The notes: generated by a model not told the origin, from the sequence alone. A stretch of 64,000 nucleotides of DNA from a virus (IMGVR_UViG_2600254917_000001:31254-95253); one strand, 5' to 3'. Positions 20,119 through 30,899 are shown, counted from the stretch's first letter. Numbers and translations are program-made.

Positions 20119-20855
20119 TGCTGGCAACCGAAGTGCGAATGACAAGCAGGGAGATTGCCGAACTAACGGGTAAACGACACCCAGATGTGAAGCGTGATAT
20201 CGACACTATGCTCGTTGAGCTCAATGAAGATGTGAGCAATTTTGCTCACATCTACTTGGACAGCATGAACCGGCAGCAAACTGAGTTCAGTCTCGATCGC
20301 CTGCATGTTGAATGCCTTCTTATGGGCTACAGTGCAACCCTGCGCATGAAGGTCCTTAAGCGCCTGAAAGAGCTCGAATCGCTCCAACAAGATGCGCCGG
20401 TGCCGTCGGTCCCCAGCAGCGCAGCCGACACGATCGCAGCTGGCGGAGCTCTGCTGGAAGTGAGCAGAAAATTACTCCACATATCGGATAGCAGCGTGCT
20501 CGCGGGGCTACGCAAACTGCAAAGCGCAGCTGGGCTGCCGGACCTGCTCCCGGGTTACGCCATCGATGCACCACCGTCCGCCACGGGCGGCAGCAGTGAG
20601 CCAACGGCGAGCCTTCGCCAGCTGCTGGTGGAGAACGGGGTGAAGATGTCCGCGCAAAAAGCGTATGCCCGCCTGGCGGAGCTGGGGATTGTCGAGCAGA
20701 AGACGCGGACCAGCACCCGCGGCGAAAAGCATTACTGGTGCCTGACGGCCAAGGGCATGGAGTACGGCAAGAACCTGACCGCGCCGGGGAACCCCCGCGC
20801 TACCCAGCCGCACTTCTTCACTTCGCGTTTCACTAGACTGGTTGAGCAGCTGTAA
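20115..20855 (+). CDS. Rha-family antirepressor-like protein, copy 1
   Basis: MTSREIAELTGKRHPDVKRDI Rha domain plus shared C-terminus GKNLTAPGNPRATQPHF. Confidence 0.8.
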   Translation: MMLATEVRMTSREIAELTGKRHPDVKRDIDTMLVELNEDVSNFAHIYLDSMNRQQTEFSLDRLHVECLLMGYSATLRMKVLKRLKELESLQQDAPVPSVPSSAADTIAAGGALLEVSRKLLHISDSSVLAGLRKLQSAAGLPDLLPGYAIDAPPSATGGSSEPTASLRQLLVENGVKMSAQKAYARLAELGIVEQKTRTSTRGEKHYWCLTAKGMEYGKNLTAPGNPRATQPHFFTSRFTRLVEQL

Positions 20856-20979
20856 TCAGTGAATGGTGCCGGGCTTAGGAGTAACGAAGCCCGGCCTTCG
20901 TAAATTAAACTGGTAGGTTGAAAGGCAAGGGCAAGTTGGCCAATATGGGCTGTTGATAATTCATAAGGAGAATGCCGTA

Positions 20980-21693
20980 ATGGATTGGCCCAAAAAGTAT
21001 AACGGAATTGGTGATACTGTTCGCCGTGCCGCATTAAATGAATTTGATGTCGAAGCCATACTGAAAACAACTTTACTCCCTGGACAGCAAAAGACCGCTT
21101 ATCACGGAGGCCTGATAACTACTGATTATTATGTATTTCAATTTCAATCCATCACTCATCCAAATCAGTCAGGATCATTTTGTTGTGGCGAACATGCTGC
21201 TCAAGGGTGGTTCAACTTAACATTCCAAAACACGGAATTGATCCCCTCTTACAACCCCATTACTGGAGCCAGCAGGGGCGGCGGGGCTGGTGGTGGAAAT
21301 GGCGGGAACGGGAACGTCCAAAACCCTGTAAACAGGGATATGCGTAACCTGATAAAGTGTCTTATGACTTACATTTCCTTCACAGACAACACGCTCAACA
21401 GTTCTGGTGGTGAGTCAAGCGCAGTAAGAGTGTTGAATGGTCTCCTACAGAACATAAATAATCCTCCAACTGTTTCTCAAATCCGAAGCGTGAACACCAT
21501 TCTTGCAAAAACTTTTCAAAATGCTAAATATGTAGCGCTTAATATTAAAACCTATTCTGACTTGGTTGCGCATAAAGAACAACAACACGGCGTCACTATT
21601 AAGAAAATAAATGTAGCTCCTTTCAATTTGCACATTCAGAATAACAGGAATAATAGTCCAACATACACCTACCCACATCCGGCATCATTCTAA
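20980..21693 (+). CDS. Hypothetical protein (AT-rich accessory gene)
   Basis: AAGGAG RBS; FCCGEHAA motif and Gly-rich linker. Confidence 0.65.
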   Translation: MDWPKKYNGIGDTVRRAALNEFDVEAILKTTLLPGQQKTAYHGGLITTDYYVFQFQSITHPNQSGSFCCGEHAAQGWFNLTFQNTELIPSYNPITGASRGGGAGGGNGGNGNVQNPVNRDMRNLIKCLMTYISFTDNTLNSSGGESSAVRVLNGLLQNINNPPTVSQIRSVNTILAKTFQNAKYVALNIKTYSDLVAHKEQQHGVTIKKINVAPFNLHIQNNRNNSPTYTYPHPASF

Positions 21694-21996
21694 ACATTGT
21701 GTGCAGGTGGTGGTTCAAGCGACCCACCACCTATGCATACCCGCATTATCCTCATATTTTATGCATCTCAAGTGCTTACATGATATGCATTATAAATGCA
21801 TATTGAATGCATTAGTGCTTGTTTTCATTTCTTTAAATAATAAACCAATCCTCATTCATTCTTGTATTCAATTAGTCAATGGGCCAGGTGCCTTCATTTA
21901 TTGACTTTAATCATCTTTTATTCTGAAACCCCCGCTTCCCCACACAAAAAAGCTTTGTTTTTTTTGCCCTGTTTGCATAATGACCTCACCGAAGAT

Positions 21997-22013
21997 AATG
22001 TTTAGTGAGATAT
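21997..22013 (-). promoter_or_regulatory. Putative C1 operator at start of early operon
   Basis: Identical to the 5435 operator (reverse complement). Confidence 0.7.
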
Positions 22014-22027
22014 TATAAGAGGGTGAA

Positions 22028-22210
22028 ATGTCAGCCAAAAACAATCTCTTGGCTTCGCGTGATTTTGTGAAGCAAAAACAACATGTAAACGTACGTGTTA
22101 AGAAGTCAACCATTCTTGGTGTTCTTTCGCGTCTGGTTTTACTTGCTCCTGCAATCTTTCTTTGTGTCTTTTTTATGATGGCTGTTTACGAGCATGCCAT
22201 TGGTCTTTGA
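22028..22210 (+). CDS. Small membrane hypothetical protein
   Basis: GAGG RBS; C-terminal TM segment. Confidence 0.5.
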   Translation: MSAKNNLLASRDFVKQKQHVNVRVKKSTILGVLSRLVLLAPAIFLCVFFMMAVYEHAIGL

Positions 22211-22422
22211 TTCAAACGGCGCAATGAGGTAGCGCTAATCCGTTCTTTAAAAATCAGGAAAAAGAGGTCGCTATGTCAAGTGAGTATAATTTAACTACCG
22301 CGTTTCAGGGCGTTCAACCGCATGCACTTATCTGGTTTATTGCATATTACGCAGGGAAACAGAGTGGGAAACGGTCGAAAAGAAAGAAGCGCGGTCATTC
22401 ACGGAAAGCATAATACTCGAAA

Positions 22423-22665
22423 ATGCGTTTATTAAATAAATGTGTGAAAGGGACAGTGCAGCATGAAGCTGCGGCCCTTGCCTTAAGTGAGCATTTCAAA
22501 AAATACGGCAACTACGGTATTTCCGAGCGTACTTACACATACAGGGTTCGAATTAAAGGCGAGATCGTTTCTATTCGAATAGTTAACTCAACCCGTTCAT
22601 ATGTTGCTCACCCCAGTAATGGTGCACGCAGGCTTGTAAGACTGTGGGAGGAAAATCGCGCCTGA
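22423..22665 (+). CDS. Phage hypothetical protein
   Basis: 80 aa in co-directional early operon. Confidence 0.55.
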   Translation: MRLLNKCVKGTVQHEAAALALSEHFKKYGNYGISERTYTYRVRIKGEIVSIRIVNSTRSYVAHPSNGARRLVRLWEENRA

Positions 22666-23102
22666 GCATTGGCGCGTCGCAGCTAACAGACAGGGCGCTT
22701 TGGTACCCCTCCGTGTTTCTCCATGCACGCCTGAGCGTCCTGCCTGTTATCTGCGTTGCAGTTAACAAGCACTTGAAACCACTTAATCTACAGGGAAGCG
22801 GGTCAGTGGCCCGATATCTGCAAAGGCTTAAACACTGGAGCAGTACAGAACTGGAACTGTATTACCGACTCAGCGCCAGCCGGGGCGTTACCCGGCATTT
22901 TTCTTCAAAAGGAATAGCCAAATGGAACTTCTTAAAGCTGCCGGTCAGGCTGCGACATGCATTTTCATTGTCATGATCGCTATGTTTTTCACAATTCAGT
23001 TTCATTAACTGCGAGCCTGGTTGACCACGATGTATTAGCCGATCCTGCTGGCGTTTTGAAGGTCGAACAGGGACTTAATTCCCATACAGGAATAGTTAGA
23101 AA

Positions 23103-23711
23103 ATGGCCCAAAAGGTAAAAAAGCCGCTAAAGGCGTTTCGGATTGATGGTTATGAATACTGCATCATTCGATTCCATTCACATGCTCTCGCCGCAAGGCG
23201 GGAAGGGGCTGAAGAGTTGGAGGATGATTTCGATTCAGTGACGTGCAAACGTGCCCCAGAGTTTGATTCATACGCGCCTCTGGGGAGAGTGCCTCGCAAA
23301 GCCCTGGTGGAGGTTCATGGCTGGTGGCAGGAATGCACATATTGTTCAAGCCATGTTTCAGAGGATAACGCGGACCGTGTTTGGTCAGCTGACGATGAGC
23401 AAGTCTATTGCTCCCCTCTGTGTATGCACAGTGATGCCATTCGTGAAGAAGCTGATCGTTCTGAAAAACTTAAAAGGGAGGCGGAGGAGGCCGAGGCCAT
23501 TGAACTGACCAAAGCAAAGTTTAAAGGGATTGAAAACGTTGTTGCGTACAGCCGGTGCCATCCTCTCCGTGTCTCCTTTTCCTTCCCGGGCGGGATAGGC
23601 CGGGTCACATGGGAGCCTGGCGCACCTTCGGTTAGCATAGTGCCGTCTGATAGTGCCGCCTGGCGCATGTTTATGCAAACGCAGCATCAGGAAGGTAAAA
23701 AGGAGGCGTAA
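23103..23711 (+). CDS. Phage hypothetical protein with Cys motifs
   Basis: GWWQECTYC and YCSPLC; RBS present. Confidence 0.65.
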   Translation: MAQKVKKPLKAFRIDGYEYCIIRFHSHALAARREGAEELEDDFDSVTCKRAPEFDSYAPLGRVPRKALVEVHGWWQECTYCSSHVSEDNADRVWSADDEQVYCSPLCMHSDAIREEADRSEKLKREAEEAEAIELTKAKFKGIENVVAYSRCHPLRVSFSFPGGIGRVTWEPGAPSVSIVPSDSAAWRMFMQTQHQEGKKEA

Positions 23712-23713
23712 GT

Positions 23714-23935
23714 ATGGCCATTCGAAGTCAACCGCCTGATGGTATTAAGCAGAAGGCGAAGCGTCTTCTTCAGCTATACAGGGAGCGACTTAAGATCCCA
23801 AGAAAGTCGAAAAAGATGGCTTACCTTTCATTCGAAGTTGGCCCCAGATGGCGTTTGTTGTCGAAAGATAACGGCCAACACTGGTCGTTGCTCAGTCACT
23901 CTGAATACAACATGGCCATTAACGGAAAACGATGA
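23714..23935 (+). CDS. ParE-like small protein
   Basis: LSFEVGPRWRLLSKDNG..W.LLSHSEYN; AGGAGG RBS. Confidence 0.55.
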   Translation: MAIRSQPPDGIKQKAKRLLQLYRERLKIPRKSKKMAYLSFEVGPRWRLLSKDNGQHWSLLSHSEYNMAINGKR

Positions 23936-24168
23936 CTTATTCAGTCAAATCCCGCTGCCGTTCTTCCCTCTCCCGATTGCAAAACTCCCATGGACATGAT
24001 TACCGCTGGCACGTCGATTGTCAGTGTCATGTTTGCTGTGTTTGCGGTACTGCAGAGCACCGTAATGGGACGTTTTTGTATGTCGGGAAGTATTCAAAAA
24101 CTGAACCGCCATGCGAAGGAAACCATCTTGGAAGGCTGAACTGGTTAGCGCAGGCCAAAGATGGTTAG
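23932..24168 (+). CDS. Cys/His-rich hypothetical protein
   Basis: ATGA coupling with upstream gene. Confidence 0.5.
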   Translation: MTYSVKSRCRSSLSRLQNSHGHDYRWHVDCQCHVCCVCGTAEHRNGTFLYVGKYSKTEPPCEGNHLGRLNWLAQAKDG

Positions 24169-24183
24169 CAGATAAGGACAGCT

Positions 24184-24498
24184 ATGCACACTATTCATCC
24201 TGGAAAGTTATACATTGCCAATTCCCATTACAGCGAGTTCCCGGACGTGCTTGTCACTCTGGAGCTTTGCCGCGCCTGCGCGCGCCTTGAAGGTCGAAAG
24301 ATCGCTGCATCTTTGCAGGCCTGTGCCTTGGCATTAATGGCACGCGTCGAGAATGAGGCGCTTCGGAACACCCTTGAAACCATGAGCACTAGCCGCTTCC
24401 CCGAATCGCAGATCACGCGAATACGTGGATGCATTTCCCGTATGGAATCGGTGGCTGGGCGCAAACTCAACGAGATAAAGAGGATGAACGTACGGTGA
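24184..24498 (+). CDS. Phage hypothetical protein
   Basis: AAGGA RBS; coupled to next gene. Confidence 0.6.
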   Translation: MHTIHPGKLYIANSHYSEFPDVLVTLELCRACARLEGRKIAASLQACALALMARVENEALRNTLETMSTSRFPESQITRIRGCISRMESVAGRKLNEIKRMNVR

Positions 24499-25202
24499 AA
24501 GAAAAACCGATATTTTTTTCTGAAGAAATGGTCCAGGCCGTTCTGGCCGGTAGGAAAACCCAGACGCGCAGACCGGTAAAGTTCAAGTTCCGGGATGGCC
24601 GTCGCGATGCAAGTACGCTTCAAGTAGGTAACTACCGCACTGGCCATCCTCGTTCCGGTTTTGTCCTGCGTAGTGGTAATGGTGGATGCTGGCAGGATGT
24701 TACTCACCCGCTTCAGTGCCCGTATGGAAATAAAGGCGATCGTCTGTGGGTGCGCGAGACCTGGAGCGATGTGAATTATGACGGCTCTGAAGCCATTGCC
24801 TACCGTGCTGACAGTGGAGTGAACCTGCTTTCGGATGACATAACCTTCCTGGATGACGTTGGTGTTTTCAACCCCCACGACGAGCGGCTGGCAAAGCTGC
24901 ATTTCGGTAACTGGTACCAGGATCTTATTGCAGGCACCGAAGGCAGGTGGCGACCGTCTATCCACATGCCGCGTTGGGCCTCCCGCATCCAGCTGGAAAT
25001 AACAAACGTTCGAATCGAGCGGCTCAAGCATGTCCCGCGTGAGGGAGTGATTGCTGAGGGCTATCCCGTTGAGCGCCTGGAGTGGGCGAACGAATACGAT
25101 CCCTTCATCTGGTTCAAGGAGCTATGGGGGGCGATTTACGGGGATAAGCACTGGGACACGAACCCTTGGGTGTGGGTTGTCGAGTTCCGGAGGTGCGAAT
25201 GA
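24495..25202 (+). CDS. ASCH-like phage protein
   Basis: KPIFFSEEMVQAVLAGRKTQTRR..CPYG..GDRLWVRETW..WRPSIHMPRWASRI..NPWVWVVEF. Confidence 0.75.
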   Translation: MKEKPIFFSEEMVQAVLAGRKTQTRRPVKFKFRDGRRDASTLQVGNYRTGHPRSGFVLRSGNGGCWQDVTHPLQCPYGNKGDRLWVRETWSDVNYDGSEAIAYRADSGVNLLSDDITFLDDVGVFNPHDERLAKLHFGNWYQDLIAGTEGRWRPSIHMPRWASRIQLEITNVRIERLKHVPREGVIAEGYPVERLEWANEYDPFIWFKELWGAIYGDKHWDTNPWVWVVEFRRCE

Positions 25203-25417
25203 TACCGCTGCCTACATGCCCGAAGTGTGGCCTTCAGGCCCAGATCCGGTTGCGTGAGCGCGGTATGAACATGGGTAGCAGTGAGCTTCGTTGCCCGGAG
25301 GGCCACTTCAGAGTGGGGACGAGTTTCCACTCAGGCATGAAAAACTGGGCTCGTAACTGGCTACTGGAAGAGTGGGAAAAAAAAGTGAAGGAAGCTGCGG
25401 AGGCTAACAATGCATGA
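25199..25417 (+). CDS. Small zinc-ribbon-like protein
   Basis: CPKCG..CPEGH; ATGA coupling. Confidence 0.55.
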   Translation: MIPLPTCPKCGLQAQIRLRERGMNMGSSELRCPEGHFRVGTSFHSGMKNWARNWLLEEWEKKVKEAAEANNA

Positions 25418-26879
25418 TGACAATGTATTAAAGGGATTTTTAAGGGACGTCAGCTCCCACACCATGACGATTATCAGAGATGACGGTTTTTACCGTCATC
25501 TTTCGTTTGGGCGCCCGGGAAGCAGCATTTACCGCTTCGACCTGGTCAGCTGGCCTGGTTATCTCTGCATGACCGGCGACATGGGAACGTGGACGTTCAG
25601 CCGTATCACCGACATGTTTGACTTCTTCGGCGGCGCATTTGAGCGAGGTATCAACCCGCGCTACTGGTCGGAAAAGCTGGAGGCCGGTTCCGGTTGTCCA
25701 CGCGATGAGATCGCAAAAGAGTGGGATGAACAGGCCTACTGCCAGCGTCTCGATTACATCCTGAAGGAGTGGTGTGAAGAGCATGCCCCTGGCAAAGGCG
25801 CGCCAAAGGACCGGATAAAAGAGTTCCACTATAAACGGAAGCATACGGAGGACATCATCCGCCAGATGAAAGAGGTCAGCTATTCAGAGATGGATGCCTA
25901 TGCCGCGTATGCGAGCGTGGACGATCCTGACGGTGTGCTGACCGACTTCTGGGAATCCACCTTCAAAGTCTGGTCAATACACTTCCTTTGGGCCTGCTAT
26001 GCGATCCAGTGGGGTATCAGCCGGTACAAGAACAATAAAATAGCGTTATCCGCGATGGATAAGTTCCTCGCGATCGGGAGCGCTGCCGGTGCCGAATACG
26101 GCGAGGCTTATCCCGTTCTCGTGCAGCAGGCCATATCTCGTTTACTGCGCGGCGAACTGAAAACCTATCGCAACGGTCTCACCATCGGCTTTGCAAGGGA
26201 TCACAGTGGTGTATGTGAGGTATGGGGCCGCGATGCCCGCGACTATGAAGGGAAGGTAATCGCGCGTCGTCTCGTGGCGTGCTGGAATGCTTGCAAGGGG
26301 TTGCCGACCGGCGAACTGGAAAGCGTGGGCTTAACCGGGGCTCTGGGTAATGAGCTGCTTAAACTGGACCGACTGGAGACATTGCGCCAGGATCTTATCG
26401 AACTGCGCGAATGCTTCAAGGAAGCTGGTCTCCCGATAAACCGTAACCAACCTCATAGCGTTGACAGCGTGGATAAGGCGAGTCCCCAGTTGCAGCCGGG
26501 CCAATATGCCATTTACTACCTGGACAATTCCATTGGCGAACATGACCGGTACCACCGATTAGCCACCCTTGATATCGACGGCAAATGGGAGGATGAGGAC
26601 GGCCGGGAGTTGCTGCAGTATGAAGGCGATCAAATATTGAGCGTCTGGCCGCTGTTCGAGTCCGCCGACCTGATGAATATGGCTCAGCTGGTGGATGAAG
26701 CTTCCTCAATGCGAGAAAGCTTTATCAGCTATCTGATATCAGAAAACTTAAAGAACAAGCCTGACGTTGACCAGGATGTCCTCTATACCCATTGCGCGAA
26801 GTGGGTTGACGCGATGTGCCATACGCCTTTGCTGCTACGCATTATCGAAACTGCTAAATCGGTAGAAGAGAAACCCTGA
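25410..26879 (+). CDS. Multidomain phage hypothetical protein
   Basis: 489 aa; RDDGFYRHL..FDLVSWPGYLCMTGDMG N-terminal domain common in phages. Confidence 0.7.
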   Translation: MHDDNVLKGFLRDVSSHTMTIIRDDGFYRHLSFGRPGSSIYRFDLVSWPGYLCMTGDMGTWTFSRITDMFDFFGGAFERGINPRYWSEKLEAGSGCPRDEIAKEWDEQAYCQRLDYILKEWCEEHAPGKGAPKDRIKEFHYKRKHTEDIIRQMKEVSYSEMDAYAAYASVDDPDGVLTDFWESTFKVWSIHFLWACYAIQWGISRYKNNKIALSAMDKFLAIGSAAGAEYGEAYPVLVQQAISRLLRGELKTYRNGLTIGFARDHSGVCEVWGRDARDYEGKVIARRLVACWNACKGLPTGELESVGLTGALGNELLKLDRLETLRQDLIELRECFKEAGLPINRNQPHSVDSVDKASPQLQPGQYAIYYLDNSIGEHDRYHRLATLDIDGKWEDEDGRELLQYEGDQILSVWPLFESADLMNMAQLVDEASSMRESFISYLISENLKNKPDVDQDVLYTHCAKWVDAMCHTPLLLRIIETAKSVEEKP

Positions 26880-27015
26880 GCGCAGACAGGCAGCGTTTGA
26901 GATAAGCCCCGGCATGAGTCTTCAACCCAGGCTTTCCTTTTCAGCCCCGATCATCATTTCTTTATCGATTCCTCTTTTCAATTTCAGCCAGGCGCGATGC
27001 GCCAGGAGCATCCTT

Positions 27016-27852
27016 ATGTCCAAAAAAGGTCAAACCTTCACTATCAACATGTGGCGTCCAGATCCTGAAGAGACGGCGAACATGTGGAAACTTTTCCACA
27101 GCGCGGAGCGAGTACAGGATCGTTGGTCAATAAACACGGTACCTCAAATTGCTGAGGAGCTGGCTTCCACGAACCTCTCCCGCGAGGAAAAATTGTTTCT
27201 ACTGCGCGCCTGGCAAATGCTGGTGGATGACAAAGCAGGCTTCGGACGCTTCATGGGGGCCTTTGATTGCTATGTCCACAATGTCCAGGATCCTACTGCT
27301 GAGTACGTGGCATATAAGCCTGAGCTTAAGGCGTGTATTGAAGACGGTCTGATCTTTGAGGAGGTGCTGGAGGCTTACCAGGGCGCTCAGCAGCGCATCA
27401 TAGAGCTGGAGGCGCTCACTTATTACCTTAAATTGCCGGATGAGCTCGACTTCGACTGTGAGTATGAGCGCGGCGGCCATAGTCCCTCTGATGAGCCGTT
27501 CCTGCGCGGGTGCGTAGAGGGCTGGAATCTGGCGATTGGAAAAGTAAGCCAACTCAATGGTGCCACTGGCCAACGACCAACCGCCTGGTACACCGACGAT
27601 CATAAAACAGATAAATCGGCCACAACCTACGATCCTGCTGTCGCGTTGCGCTGGAAGTCAAAGAGCTGGCCAGTCACTCCGCTCTATGAAAACCCACCAG
27701 CTCAGCTATCACCGGCTTTTACAGGCGATTATTTGGATGAACAGCGTGCGGCCGTCATCGAGAGTGTTGCTTCAAAGCGCTGGGGTGTCGGCTATGTATT
27801 TGATGGGCTGTTGGCCATCGCCAACAAGCTCCGGCATGGGGTGGGGCATTAA
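27016..27852 (+). CDS. Mosaic phage early hypothetical protein
   Basis: AGGAG RBS; AQQRIIELEA and PLY..PP segments typical of mosaic early proteins. Confidence 0.6.
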   Translation: MSKKGQTFTINMWRPDPEETANMWKLFHSAERVQDRWSINTVPQIAEELASTNLSREEKLFLLRAWQMLVDDKAGFGRFMGAFDCYVHNVQDPTAEYVAYKPELKACIEDGLIFEEVLEAYQGAQQRIIELEALTYYLKLPDELDFDCEYERGGHSPSDEPFLRGCVEGWNLAIGKVSQLNGATGQRPTAWYTDDHKTDKSATTYDPAVALRWKSKSWPVTPLYENPPAQLSPAFTGDYLDEQRAAVIESVASKRWGVGYVFDGLLAIANKLRHGVGH

Positions 27853-27949
27853 ATTCTTGCCAAAAAATGGGGGCTATTCATGGGATTTCATTGATAACTT
27901 TAGGGAAAAGATGTTTCATTGGTGCACAGGTTAACTATGGAGAGTTTAA

Positions 27950-28660
27950 ATGTCTTGGGTATGCCCGCACTGCGATACGGCTGCAATTGTCGATGATGAA
28001 GATATTGAAATTAATTATTTTGACTTGAAGTCAGGAGAATATGATTTCCGATTTACTACTATGGGTATAACTTGCCCGAATCCAGCATGTGCAAAAGCTT
28101 GCATTTGGATGAGCAAAGAGACATTGGTTTATTATGCCGGAGAACTTAAGCCTGCTATGGGTACAAAATCGACATGGCCTATCGTTCCTTCTGGTAAGAA
28201 AGAACGAGCGAAACCCTATCCGGAGTATATACCGCAATCTGTTTTGGAAGATTACAGAGAAGCTTGCGCTATTGTGGAGCTTTCACCAAAAGCTTCGGCA
28301 ACTCTTGCTAGAAGGTGCTTACAAGGGATGATCCGTGGGTTCTGGAAAGTTGAAGCAGACACACTTAACAAAGAAATTTTGGCAATTCAGGACAAGGTTG
28401 ACCCAGTTGTCTGGGATGCAATAGACAGTGTCAGGAAGGTAGGTAACATCGGCGCTCATATGGAGAAAAACATAGACGTCATTGTTGATGTCAGCCCTGA
28501 TGAAGCCAATTTGCTGATCGAAATGATTGAAATGCTAATTGAAGATTGGTACATCGCTCGTCATGAAAAACAAGAGAAGCTAAAGCGGATAAAGGAAGTA
28601 GCTGCTGAAAAAGCAGCAGCGAGGAAGGTTAAACCTGATGAAAAAGCTGATAATAGCTAG
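27950..28660 (+). CDS. DUF4145 (HEPN-like) protein with N-terminal Zn ribbon
   Basis: CPHC..CPNPAC; DYREA..SPKASATLARRCLQ; RKVGNIGAH. Confidence 0.8.
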   Translation: MSWVCPHCDTAAIVDDEDIEINYFDLKSGEYDFRFTTMGITCPNPACAKACIWMSKETLVYYAGELKPAMGTKSTWPIVPSGKKERAKPYPEYIPQSVLEDYREACAIVELSPKASATLARRCLQGMIRGFWKVEADTLNKEILAIQDKVDPVVWDAIDSVRKVGNIGAHMEKNIDVIVDVSPDEANLLIEMIEMLIEDWYIARHEKQEKLKRIKEVAAEKAAARKVKPDEKADNS

Positions 28661-29000
28661 TTTGTTGTTTGTCGCATCAGCTTCTGTAGCAGCTGATGCA
28701 ACAGTTAAATCAATGGCGCATGCAACTTATATGTGCGGTGAGAGCGGCTTAGTTGTAAAAACTACTGGCCTAACTGCAAGCATCGACGGCGTGAGCGATT
28801 ACAAAATGTACGCAAGTGATAATCAACCAGCATCTGATACCCTTCCTGGTTTCGTTAGCGTCTCATATCGGTCTGCGACCAATGAAAGCAACTGGTTTTC
28901 ATTATCATTGACTAAAAAAAGCGAATACATCTCCCTCACAAACGTCAATAAATCAAAAGGCTTAGAGCAGATTGGACTTTCTTGCCAGATTGTTGAGTAA
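28638..29000 (+). CDS. Exported hypothetical protein
   Basis: Signal peptide MKKLIIASLLFVASASVAA. Confidence 0.6.
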   Translation: MKKLIIASLLFVASASVAADATVKSMAHATYMCGESGLVVKTTGLTASIDGVSDYKMYASDNQPASDTLPGFVSVSYRSATNESNWFSLSLTKKSEYISLTNVNKSKGLEQIGLSCQIVE

Positions 29001-29065
29001 GATCTGGCAAGTGCCTTTCTGTGAAGTGATGAAATTTTATTCATTCTTAAATGGGAGTGGAATGT

Positions 29066-29524
29066 ATGGCTAACGAAAGGCTTTTGATTCCGCAAGATGC
29101 TGGCTACTTCCATGCTCTTGGTTTGGCGGCTGTCGCTTTTGCTCGTCTGGAATGGGATGCTGTTTGGTGCTGCGAAAGGCTTCAAAAAGGTTACATATCA
29201 ACAATTGAACCTAAGAAGAAGACCGCGGGGTTCATTGCTAGAGATCTTGAAGCGTTATTCGGCCGAATTTCAGATCACACGCTTCGCCAAAAAGTAGAAC
29301 CTTTTGCTACAGAGTTTATTGCTATCGTTCTTGATCGTAACGCACTTTTCCACGGCAAACCTGGAACGACAAAAGAATCTGATCAGAGGCTTTTCCGCTC
29401 AGGTATACCTTGGTCAATCCAGGATGTTAATGACTTTGCTGACCGGTGCACGCGGGCAGGTGCTCCACTCAATGCGCTCCTTTACGATGAGCTCAAGGAA
29501 AACTGCACCGTTGCGCTTAACTAG
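29066..29524 (+). CDS. Hypothetical protein with HEPN-like RxxxxH motif
   Basis: ALG.AAV.FARLEW and RNALFHG; terminator at about 29563-29597. Confidence 0.55.
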   Translation: MANERLLIPQDAGYFHALGLAAVAFARLEWDAVWCCERLQKGYISTIEPKKKTAGFIARDLEALFGRISDHTLRQKVEPFATEFIAIVLDRNALFHGKPGTTKESDQRLFRSGIPWSIQDVNDFADRCTRAGAPLNALLYDELKENCTVALN

Positions 29525-29749
29525 TAATTATCCTATTAAAACGTGATTAATCAGTTACTTTGACCCCCAGTTTGATTTCTTCACTGGGGGTTTTTTATTG
29601 GTTTATTTTCGGAGAGATTCAAACGCAGCGGAGGAACATAGTAAAAAACTGGAATGATGGCCGTAAAAATGAAAACTCGACAATAAATTGTACGAAAACA
29701 GTGATTATTATTCAGGGATTAAATACGCAAGGAGAGAGGAAGGGAAGTA

Positions 29750-30178
29750 ATGGACAACGATTTTAACCGCGTGCTGTTTGAGGAGATGTTACGGCAAACC
29801 TATCGTAACGCATCTGGTAAGAAGGCAACGCGCCAGATGATTGAAGACCTCCGCCTCAGTCCGCCCAAGGAAGGATATTCAGATCCGAGCATGAATTTTC
29901 TGTGGCTTGGCTGGTGTGCGGCGCATGAGTTGTTTCGTAGCGCGCCGGTGCACATGTTTAAGGAACTATCGCCGCAGAATATCCCCCCAGCTGAAGAAGA
30001 TTTTCTGAGCTATTACGAAAAACCTGGCAAGTACTACGTGCTACGGATGAGCGAAACCCATACGTTCTGCCTTGCCCATACCCCCGCAGTGGATGCTCCC
30101 GTTCCCATGCCAGATCCCTCGCACTGGATGTCGTTATCCGAAAATACGCCTCACTTCGAGGTCGGGCTCGTACACTAA
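29750..30178 (+). CDS. Hypothetical protein
   Basis: 142-aa ORF with RBS. Confidence 0.55.
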   Translation: MDNDFNRVLFEEMLRQTYRNASGKKATRQMIEDLRLSPPKEGYSDPSMNFLWLGWCAAHELFRSAPVHMFKELSPQNIPPAEEDFLSYYEKPGKYYVLRMSETHTFCLAHTPAVDAPVPMPDPSHWMSLSENTPHFEVGLVH

Positions 30179-30300
30179 ACCTACACCGCTTTAAACCTAC
30201 CCGTTCAACCGCCCCGTGCTGAAAAGCGCGGGCGGGGTTGTTGACAGGCCTGCATTACCCATGCAGAGCGCCTGACAGGAATTTAAGAGAAGAATCACCA

Positions 30301-30624
30301 ATGAAGAAATTGCACAGCATGATCAGCATTGCGGTGTGCCTAAACAAACACACCGCGAATGGCCAGCCCCTCCGCGTCTCGGATATGAGCAAACATATCG
30401 GTCTGTCGATCTCATGCATCGAGGGCTACCTCCAACCCCTAAAAGCTGCGGGTATTGTCGATAGTACCCGCGGTCCGAACGGCGGTTACTGGCTTGTCCG
30501 TAACGATCTGACCGTCACCGAGCTCTATCTGGCCGGTAACGAGAAGGAAGATGCATTTGCACCTATCTACGATGCATTGTCTCGGGTCAATCTGTCAGCG
30601 TTCAGCGAGGCCGTGTATGGCTGA
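30301..30624 (+). CDS. Rrf2-family HTH transcriptional regulator
   Basis: LKAAGIVDSTRGPNGGYWL signature. Confidence 0.8.
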   Translation: MKKLHSMISIAVCLNKHTANGQPLRVSDMSKHIGLSISCIEGYLQPLKAAGIVDSTRGPNGGYWLVRNDLTVTELYLAGNEKEDAFAPIYDALSRVNLSAFSEAVYG

Positions 30625-30886
30625 TCTGAAGGTTGTGCCATTTAAGGCCTGCGATAACTCTGTGCATGATCGTGACGAGATCATTCGTAAGCTGGAGGAG
30701 TGCCTGGCATTCGTCAAAGAGGAGGGAAGCGATCAGGTTGCCCGGGCTATGGCTGTCGTCTTGCTAACGGATGGACCTGCTGGTGGCCTTCTCAGCTGCT
30801 GGCATAACGGTAAAGAGAACCATGAAATGCTCGGCGCCATTGAGTCGCTGAAGGTCGATTTTGTGCACGCATGCATATCGCTATGA
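30617..30886 (+). CDS. Phage hypothetical protein
   Basis: MADLKVVPFK start, coupled to the Rrf2 gene. Confidence 0.55.
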   Translation: MADLKVVPFKACDNSVHDRDEIIRKLEECLAFVKEEGSDQVARAMAVVLLTDGPAGGLLSCWHNGKENHEMLGAIESLKVDFVHACISL

Positions 30887-30899
30887 AGAGGAAACAACA

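Noticed and set aside
24228-25031. 267-aa minus-strand ORF
   Set aside because: Antisense shadow of the ASCH-like gene in a co-directional operon.
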